From assembly GCF_009914755.1 (NCBI RefSeq), contig NC_060947.1: DNA of 64,000 nt, one strand, 5' to 3'. The position numbers were made by a program, and so were the translations under genes. Of this stretch, positions 55,025-64,000 are shown piece by piece (positions within the stretch are counted from its first letter, which is position 1; the number at the start of each line of letters is the position of its first letter). The notes beneath the pieces were generated by a model that was not told the DNA's origin, did not search any database, and was given only the letters and a program-made list of their open reading frames with translations. The stretch comes from the human T2T-CHM13v2.0 reference genome, Homo sapiens.

Positions 55025-56198
55025 AGACAAATGGGATTGCTAAAAAAAACTTCTACACAGCAAAGAAAACAATTAACAAAATGAAGAGTCAATCCACAAA
55101 ATGGGAGAAAATATTATCAAACCATGCATCTGATAAGGGGCTAATATAGAAAATATATAAGGAACTCAAACAACCCCATAGTCAGAAAACAAATAACCTG
55201 ATTAAAAATGGGCAAAGAATCTGAAAAGACATTTTTCAGAAGAAGACATACAAATGGCCAAAAGATATGTGAAAAAATGCTCAACATCTTTAATTATCAG
55301 TGAAACACAAATTAAAACCACAAAATGAGATATCACCTCCCACCTGTTAGGGTTGGCTATTATCCAAAAGATGAAAGACAACCTTTGTTGGCGAGGATGT
55401 GGAAAAAAGGACACCCTTGTACACTGCTGGTGGAAATGTAAATTAGTACAGACATTTTGAAAAATAATAAGGAGGTTCCTCAAAAAACTAAAAATATAAT
55501 TACCATATGATCCAGCAATCCCACTGCTGAGTATATATCCAAAGGAATTAAAATCAATATGTCAAAGAGATATCTGCACTCCCATGTTCATTTCAGCATT
55601 ATTCACAATAGTGAAACTATGGAAGCAACCTAAGTTTCTATCAACAGATGAATGAATAAAGAAAATGTGGCATACATAGGCAATGGAATACTATTTGGCC
55701 TTAGAAAAGAAGGAAATTCTATCATTCATGACAACATGGATGGAACTGGAGGGCATTATGTTAACTGAAATAAGCCAGGCATAGAAAGACAAACACCACA
55801 TGATATCACTTACATGTGGTATCTAAGAAAGTCTACCTCATAGGAACAGAAAGTAGAAAAGTAGTTACCATAGGCTTGGGGAAGGGGAAGAGATGAGGAA
55901 AGAGAAAATGTTGATGAAAGGGTATGAAGTTTTGGTTGGACTGGGGGAATAAAAGTTTTAGTAATCTATTGTACTACATGGTGACTACAGTTAATAACAA
56001 TGCATTGTATATTTCAAAATTGTTAAAAAAATAGATTTTTAATGTTTGCACCACACAAAAATGATAAGTTGGTGAGGTGATGCATATGTTCATTAGCTTG
56101 ATCGAATCTTTCTACAATGTATACATAGACCAAAACATCACATTGTACTTATAATCATAGACAATTATTGTCAATTAAAAATAAATTTAAAATAAAAA
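55025..56198 (+). mobile_element. L1MA 3' ~1.2 kb
   Basis: ORF2 C-terminal motifs (GACAAATGGGATT, GAAGACATACAAATGGCC, CCATATGATCCAGCAATCCCACT) plus an L1MA 3' UTR and A-rich tail. Confidence 0.9.
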
Positions 56199-56297
56199 AT
56201 ATTGTCAGCAGTATCCCCCTATTTGTAATAATCCAATCTATTCTTATTTGTCTTCTAGGTTGTGTTTGATCATATTTTCATTATAAATTCTGCTGCA

Positions 56298-56760
56298 CTA
56301 TTCACAGTAGTAAAGACATGGAACCTTCCTAAGTGTCCATTAACAGTTGACTGGGTAAAGAAAATGTCATACATATACACCATGGAATAATATGTAGCCA
56401 TGAAAAAGAATGAAATCATGTATTTTGCAGCAACATGGATGCACTGAAGGCCATTATCCTAAACAAAATAATGCAGGAACAGAAAAGCAAATATTACATG
56501 TTCTCAATTATAAGTGAGAGCTAAACATTGGGTATTCAGGGACATAAAGATGGCAACAATAGACACTGGGGACTACCAAATGGGTAAGGGAGAGAGAGGG
56601 GCAAGGGCTGAAAAACTAACTGTTGGGTATTACACTCACTTCCGGGGTGATGGGTTCAATCGTACCCCAAACCTCAGCATCATGAAATATACCCATGTAA
56701 CAAACCTGCACATGCATCCCTGAATCTAAAATAAAAGTTGAAATTATATAAATAAATAGA
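56298..56760 (+). mobile_element. L1PB/L1PA16-like 3' end
   Basis: L1 3' motifs. Exact 14-bp TSD TAAATTCTGCTGCA at 56284-56297 and 56761-56774. Confidence 0.9.
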
Positions 56761-57384
56761 TAAATTCTGCTGCATTAAAGAACCTTGTAACTTACCATTT
56801 CACATTTACCTAATCTATGTTTTACACATTGGTAATAGATTTATGCTTTTTTGTTTAGAAATGGTTTAAACTAATAAAAATTTTAAAATATAGACTTATC
56901 TAGTGAAAGAGCCTCATATTCCCTACAGCCAGAGATAAACAGTTTGGTGTATAAGTTTTAAGTTATTTCCTATGCATATTTAGCAATACTAATAATATTT
57001 GAATTTTTAATTGAAAGAAAATTACTATGTATTATTCTTAGTTTTGTAATCTGCTTTTTCTCACATAATGTAATATTGTGAGCAGCTTGCATGTGTTTAA
57101 GTATAGGTTAGATCATCCTTTTACATGACTTCATTGTATCTCTTGTATGAATATACCATATTTCTAACCAGCATTTACCATAATTTAGATTTTTGCCATT
57201 TTTCCCTCTTACAAACAACTCTTCAATAAACATGCTATACATACATTTGGGTGCACATTTGATTGTTTCTTAGGAATGGAATCCCTTGGTCAAAATGTAA
57301 ATAGATTTATGATTCTGATGCATAATGCCAAGTTACTGCCAGAAAAGGTGTGCACTTTGACACTCGAATCAAACAGAATGTTTG

Positions 57385-57648
57385 ATCTATTCTTATTTGT
57401 CTTCTAGGTTGTGTTTAATCATACTTTCATTATAAATCCTGATGCACTATTCACAGTAGTAAAGACATGGAACCAACCTAAGTGTCCATTAACAGTTGAC
57501 TGGATAAAGAAAATGTCATATATATACACCATGGAATAATATGTAGCCATGAAAAAGAATGAAATCATGTATTTTGCAGCAACATGGATGCACTGAAGGC
57601 CATTATCCTAAACAAATTAATGCAGGAACAGAAAAGCAAATATCACAT
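57385..57648 (+). repeat. Direct duplicate of 56236-56499
   Basis: About 10 mismatches in 264 nt, with a constant offset of 1149. Confidence 0.95.
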
Positions 57649-58042
57649 ACTCTTATTAACTCTTATTAACATGGAATATTATTCTTTTTCATCTTAGCTA
57701 ATCTATGGGCAAAAAAAGATTATTTTATTTGTTGATTATTAGTGAAGTTGAACACCTTTTCCTATGTTTGTTGGTTATTTGTATTTCTACTTCTGTGAAT
57801 TGCTTTCCCATTGCCTGTGGGGTGTTATTTATCTTTTCTTCTTGTAAGGTTTCTTTTTTAATACTAAAGATATCAACTCTTTCTCTGATGCATTTGTTGC
57901 AAGTATTTTCTTTGTTTATTTTTTGCTTATCATATAGAGAACGAGTATCCTCTGTTTTAATTTATATTTCTGATTAATGGTAAATTTGAGCATATTTTCG
58001 CTGACGTATTTAGTATAATGTCTTTAAAAAATATTTCAAATG

Positions 58043-58340
<298 letters not shown>

Positions 58341-58477
58341 TCAGATGACTTTGTCTTATAATGCGTGCTATCGATATATTTTTTATTTAAACAAAATGCA
58401 TAAAATAAAACTGTTTTAAGCAGGTAGTGATGAAATCTGGTTAAAATGGAATGTAATTATAGAAGATACAAATATAA

Positions 58478-58783
<306 letters not shown>

Positions 58784-61289
58784 GAGATAAAAGTATAAAG
58801 CATGAAATTTGTTATATATTTAGCTGATAATACATGTCTTGAATTTTGTAATTCTGGGTCTTTTATTCCCTTTCTGGGAGAAAAACCTTTTTGTAGCTCA
58901 AATTCTAATATGTCATACAATGCAGAAATGGCATAAAAGAAATTCAGCAAATTTTCTGCTATTATAATAAATACTTTGGAACATTTTTATAACAGAATCA
59001 AATCTCTCTCTGAACTCCCTGTTGTTATTCTCCAAAGTTAACAAATTGCTGTTTATCCTTTATACTATTTCTTATGGAGTTCTTTGAATTTCAATTGGAC
59101 CATATTATACACATTCAGCCTCAAAATGTGACAGGGTGGATGTAGTGAGGATTGTTGTTGAAACCAAGCACACAAAAATGTCTTGCATACTGCTTGTCCT
59201 ATTTGGGAGATACTGGGCAGCTTGGTAAGGGCGGGAGGAAGCTGTCCTTGTGGAAATTTTACATTCCTGGATTTGGTTCTATGCACCACCCCCTCTACCC
59301 AGTCTTATGTTTCTAAGTTTGGGATAGATTGCATTTTTTGCAGTGGCTGTTTCATTGTGTGGGATTTGATATTGCCCTTCAGTAGTGCAAAGGAAACACA
59401 CTTCCCTTATGCAAACAGGGGGTAAAATAAGGGGATAGGAAAACCCAGGAAACAGGAAGAAATGAGGTAGATGATGACTTCATTCCCCTACCCCAGACTC
59501 AGGGGTCCATGAGTCAGTTGGATGGAGATGGTAGAACTGCCTTCTTCCCTTCCCCCAGCCCCATCAGGGCGCTCATTCCACCACATAGAAATGGGACTGA
59601 CTCATGGTGCAATTAGAAACGTGGGAGTGTTTTTTTTCTTCTCTCCACATGCTCTCTAGATCATGCTGCCCCCTCAAATGTATTCACATTTGTAGTTAAC
59701 CCTTTCCTGCCTCTTCCACTAGTAGCCAGGTAAAGCTCCAGCAGACTCCTGACTCACAGCAGGTTCGTCCTCAAAAAGTGTGAGTCTCCTTTTTTCCCCT
59801 TCAAATGTACTGTTCTGCCTATGTCTTCTCAGGCCTATTGAGACTCCAGACCCTAGGTGAGACAGTTGCATTCCCAGAGAAATGTATGGCTCCTGCTGAC
59901 CAACTTTCTGAGTCCAGTGGATTTGTTCAAGGGAGCACGAAGGTAGCTGGATCCTCTTTGGGAGAGGGCTGTGTCTGGGCAGGAGCGGGAACTCACAGGT
60001 TCTGATCAGATCCAGCAGTGATAGACAGGGAGATATTTAGTTGTAGAGTAATGTGGTTGGTGGAGTAGATTCTTTTAAAAGAATTAATGTAACCCCGCTT
60101 GGCAAAGTGAGAAAAGCTGTATTTATTGAGGGCCAGGCAAAAGGCTTCTGAGAAGTCACTGCAGCTCCTCAGGAGTGATTCAGAAAGGAGGACAGAAGGA
60201 GAGCCCTTGGATGAGGTCTGTTATTGAGAGCTGTAAAGGAAGCTGAACCCCATGTCCAGCATAACCTACCTAAAGCAAGTATAATGATTCGTGGTCATGG
60301 TGAAGCCTGGGCAATAATTTCATGCAGCAAAGCAGTGGTTTGACACTTTTGATGAATGCTTCAGCATTTGTCTTCTCTCCTGATGTGCTGGCAAAAACTC
60401 ATCACAAGTAATTTTTCAGTATGGAATAGGAAATACCAAATAAATCAGCCAGTGAATAAGGATCCTAGGAAAACTAGCAGGAGCTCCTCCACCCAAGGCT
60501 GAACTGGAAGCCAAGAGTCTGAAAGACAGTTCCAAATGCTAGGGTAATAATATAGACTTTAAAGAGAACACGGAGATGTGGGTAATAATGAAGTAACTCT
60601 GTTGCCAGGTCAACAGACATGGAGCTTCTCTGTTCAGATTCCCTTTCAACCTCAGGCTCAAATCATCCATCACTGTGAACTTAGACTGAGTGAAAGAGGA
60701 GACGACAACCCGGAGAATTTGTGGCTGTGGGAAGCCTCCTCTTACAACGCTTAAAAATGATGAAGACCCTGCTGTTGGTAGAGTGAAGAGAGGGCCTTCT
60801 TTGCGTGAAAAACCTATCCATCACAATGGTTGGTTGGTCAGATGTGATTCTCTATTACCGTTTAATGTTGCAGCTAATCTTCTCTCTTCTGCTCCTCATC
60901 ACATTAGTGTCACGCATGGTCTTCCAAATTTGGAAACAACGTTGGACAACTTAACCTCAGGAGATGAAAGATTTTCAAACTTAGTGGACATCTGCAACTT
61001 TCAGAAGAAGAGAACAAATAATGGACTAAAAGGGAAAAGGACATGTACTTCATTATTGCCTCTTGGCATTTAATAGCTGGCTCTGGTTTCATTCACAGAA
61101 CCAATGATCTCCACACCATCAGGCATAAAAGCAGACAACATAAAGATACAGCAGATTTCCTTGCCTCTGCCTCTGCATATTTTTGTCATTGTCTACCTAA
61201 AACTTCTCATTTTGTATAGTTTTGGTAAATAACCTTTACTGTACATACTCTTTATAATGTGACAGGAATTGTAAGTACGTTACATGTGT

Positions 61290-61430
61290 AAATTAATTAT
61301 CACCACAAGCTTATGGGGTAGGTACCCCTATTATGCTCATTTTACCAAAGAGGTAATGGAGGCTGAAGGGGTTTGTCTGCAGCATGAGCTTATTATAAGT
61401 GGCAAGGCCGGAACTGAAACTCAGACTATA
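61290..61430 (-). mobile_element. MIR
   Basis: GGGGTAGGTACCCCTATTATGCTCATTTTACCAAAGAGG...AAGTGGCAAGGCCGGAACTGAAACTCAG. Confidence 0.65.
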
Positions 61431-61759
61431 CGTCCCCTCCAGATACATGCTCTCAATCCCTAGGATGTTCCCTGATGAACAGAGAGCGTCACAGTCTTCT
61501 ATAATTCTCAGTGTACAATTTGGTGAGACAGGATGGCTTCTTATTACCTCAATTTCTTCTTATCCTAGCATGAACTCCTTTGAGGCTGTAGCCTGATGCC
61601 AGAGTCAAGAGAAACAACCCTTTTCACATTTTGTAAGTAGCACAATGATACACTTTTGTAAATTCTTTACATGTTAGCAAACAATGTTTTTGCTTTTTTT
61701 TCACATGTTATTCCTTGAAATATACTTGGAAAATTTGTGTGAGGGTGAAAGAGAACACA

Positions 61760-62440
61760 ATGTAATTTCTTTGGAATTTTTTATGTAGGCAATAAAGTCA
61801 TCTGTAAGTAGTGACAATTTTATTTCTTCCTTTCTGATCTAAATACCTTTTATTTCCTCTTTTTGCTTCATTGCAATGGCTAAAAGTTCCAGCACTATGT
61901 TGAATATGAGTAGTGGGAGCAAAAATCCTTGCCTTGCTCCTGATCCCGGGGGAAAAAATTTAGTCTTTCACCTTTGCGTACAATGTTAGTTGTAGATCTT
62001 TTGCAGATGCTCTTTTATCAAGTTGAGGACATTCCATCTATATTCCTAGCTTGATGAGAGTTTTTAATCATGAATGGGTGTTGGATTTGATAAAATTCTT
62101 TATCTTTGTCGGTTGATATGATAATATTTTTTTTGGACTATTTATATGCTGGATGGATTACATTGGTTGGTTTTTAAATGTTGAAACAGCCTTGCATTCA
62201 TGGAACATAACCAAACTTAATCAGGGTATATAATTCTTTTTATATATTGCTTAATTCTATTTGCTACAATTTTTGAAGTATTTTTGTGCTTATATTTATG
62301 GGGGTTGTTGATCTGTAGGTTTTATTTTTTTTTGGTACTGTCTTTGTACTGGCTTTGGTACCAGGGTACTACTAGCTTTATAAAATGAAAGTGTTCCCTC
62401 CTTTTCTATTTTCTAGAATTGGTATTAATTCTTCTTTAAA
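61760..62440 (-). mobile_element. L1M ORF2 fragment
   Basis: CCAGCACTATGTTGAATA...CCTTGCCTTGCTCCTGATC...AATCATGAATGGGTGTTGGATTT (antisense L1 RT region). Confidence 0.8.
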
Positions 62441-64000
62441 GGTTGTTCAACATAATTTACTTATGAAACTCATTTGGACAAATTAGTGTGATTTAGCCCA
62501 GTTTTATTTTTAATGATTTTTGCTTAAGTTTCTGTCACTGAGAACCCGTCTTCCATTTTTTCCTATTCTTAAAATGGGTGTTTCATTGAAGTTTTACATC
62601 CTCTCCAAAACTTAAGGTGTTTTAGTTAGTGGGGCTGTCAGTCTAGCACTTTCCTCTCAGAACTCTTGGGGAACTTGTATACACAATGGCATGCCCTGTG
62701 ATAGGATCCACAGGGGCAGACAAAGCTGGTAGTCTCTCTGGAATGTTATAGGAGCTCATGTATTCACTTAGCTCCATATCCTGTGGCTGCTTGAATTCCC
62801 TCTCCCAAGCTAGCTCACACTGAGAAACAGGCACTGCAGAAAAGGCAATCAATCTGAAACTTGGAAATAGGAGGCAGAGAGGGGGCAGGAAAGAAGGAGT
62901 GGTGCAGGGAACCAAACTGGGAATGTTAAATCTTCCTCCTGCCCTTACCAAGCTGTATTCAGAATGTAAAACATAGTGTTTGGTTTGGCATTGGTATTAT
63001 AGTTGGAAAAAACTTCAAGAGAAACTCAATTTATACTGGCAATCTTTCTCTATTGCTTTTTTAAAAGTCTCCCTTTAAAAAAACATTTTTTTCCTCTGTT
63101 ACTGTTTCCGATTACAAAAGTAATCTGTGTGGTAAAAATTCAACAATGCAGAAGTATATAATATAAAAAGTGACTTTCCCCTCTTTTTCTGCCCTTTCTC
63201 TTATTTTTTTAAGTCCTTCTCAGGTTCCAACTTGGTGCTGAACTTGCCCACATTTTCTTTTTCTTACTCTTCTTCCTCGTCTCTTTCTGTAAGAGTTCTA
63301 AACGATTTTTAAGGGAAGCCAAGCCTTCCTTTAAAAAACCAAGGCTACTTGTGTTTGCATAAAGCACTGGCTACTAAGCACTTACTACATGCCCTGCCTT
63401 GTAGCACCTACCCTCTTCCCATGCAAATGGCTCTGCCCAGCTCTACAGGTATCTACTTAACAGCATCTGGCTTAGCCAAACCATTTCACACTAACCTAGC
63501 CACATAAAACTATTTCTGGCTAAATCTCTAACATCTTGGTTAAAGAATATGTTTTTAGCACTTTTGAGTTATAATTTGGGGTGGAATATTATTGTGTGGG
63601 AGACTGCTATTAAAATGGTTTTGGCAGTGAACTCTGAGGGGGAAAGCTTTTCTAACTTTGCTCCCTGTCTTATTGGCTGGCATTTAAAGCTGGATAGTTT
63701 TGATTGGCCAATCATCTGCTTAAGACATTCCTTTGTTTCTTTACTTCCCAGTTAAAGGAGTTGGATATTTCTGTTATATAAACATGCCTCGGGCTTTGGA
63801 GTTAGTTATATCCCTTCTGATAGTCAAGTACATAGGTAGCAAGGGTGAAGTGGTTCAGCGTGTGGATTCTGGAGCCATACTTCTCGCCTGAGTGTCTGTT
63901 TGCCTGCCCATCTGTCTGCCTCCTTATTTTTCAAATCCCACAACTACCATTTACTGCCTATGCAATGTTAGATAAGTTAGCTAACCTCAAAGTGTATCAG

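Overview
Primate (human-like) X-linked genomic DNA from the ARMCX cluster. ARMCX3 lies on the + strand: four short 5'-UTR exons, then a single coding exon (CDS 1611-2750, 379 aa). ARMCX2 lies on the - strand (CDS 32325-34223, 632 aa) with a CpG-rich promoter near 36.5 kb. Most of the rest is interspersed repeats: L1, Alu, L2, MIR, MaLR/ERVL LTRs and hAT relics. It also holds a U6-L1 chimeric retrocopy and a 2.6-kb 5'-truncated L1PA. The most notable observations are: (1) an old inverted copy of the ARMCX2 promoter, exon 1 and donor site about 4 kb upstream, pointing away from ARMCX2 and retaining the CACGTG E-box; (2) a ~90%-identical fold-back inverted repeat between the two promoter copies; (3) near-identical 3'-UTR blocks shared by ARMCX2 and ARMCX3; (4) two local templated insertions of 197 and 264 bp; and (5) a spliced 38-codon uORF and a duplicated 5'-UTR exon in ARMCX3. 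All alignments and counts were done by eye. Repeat boundaries and subfamily calls are approximate.
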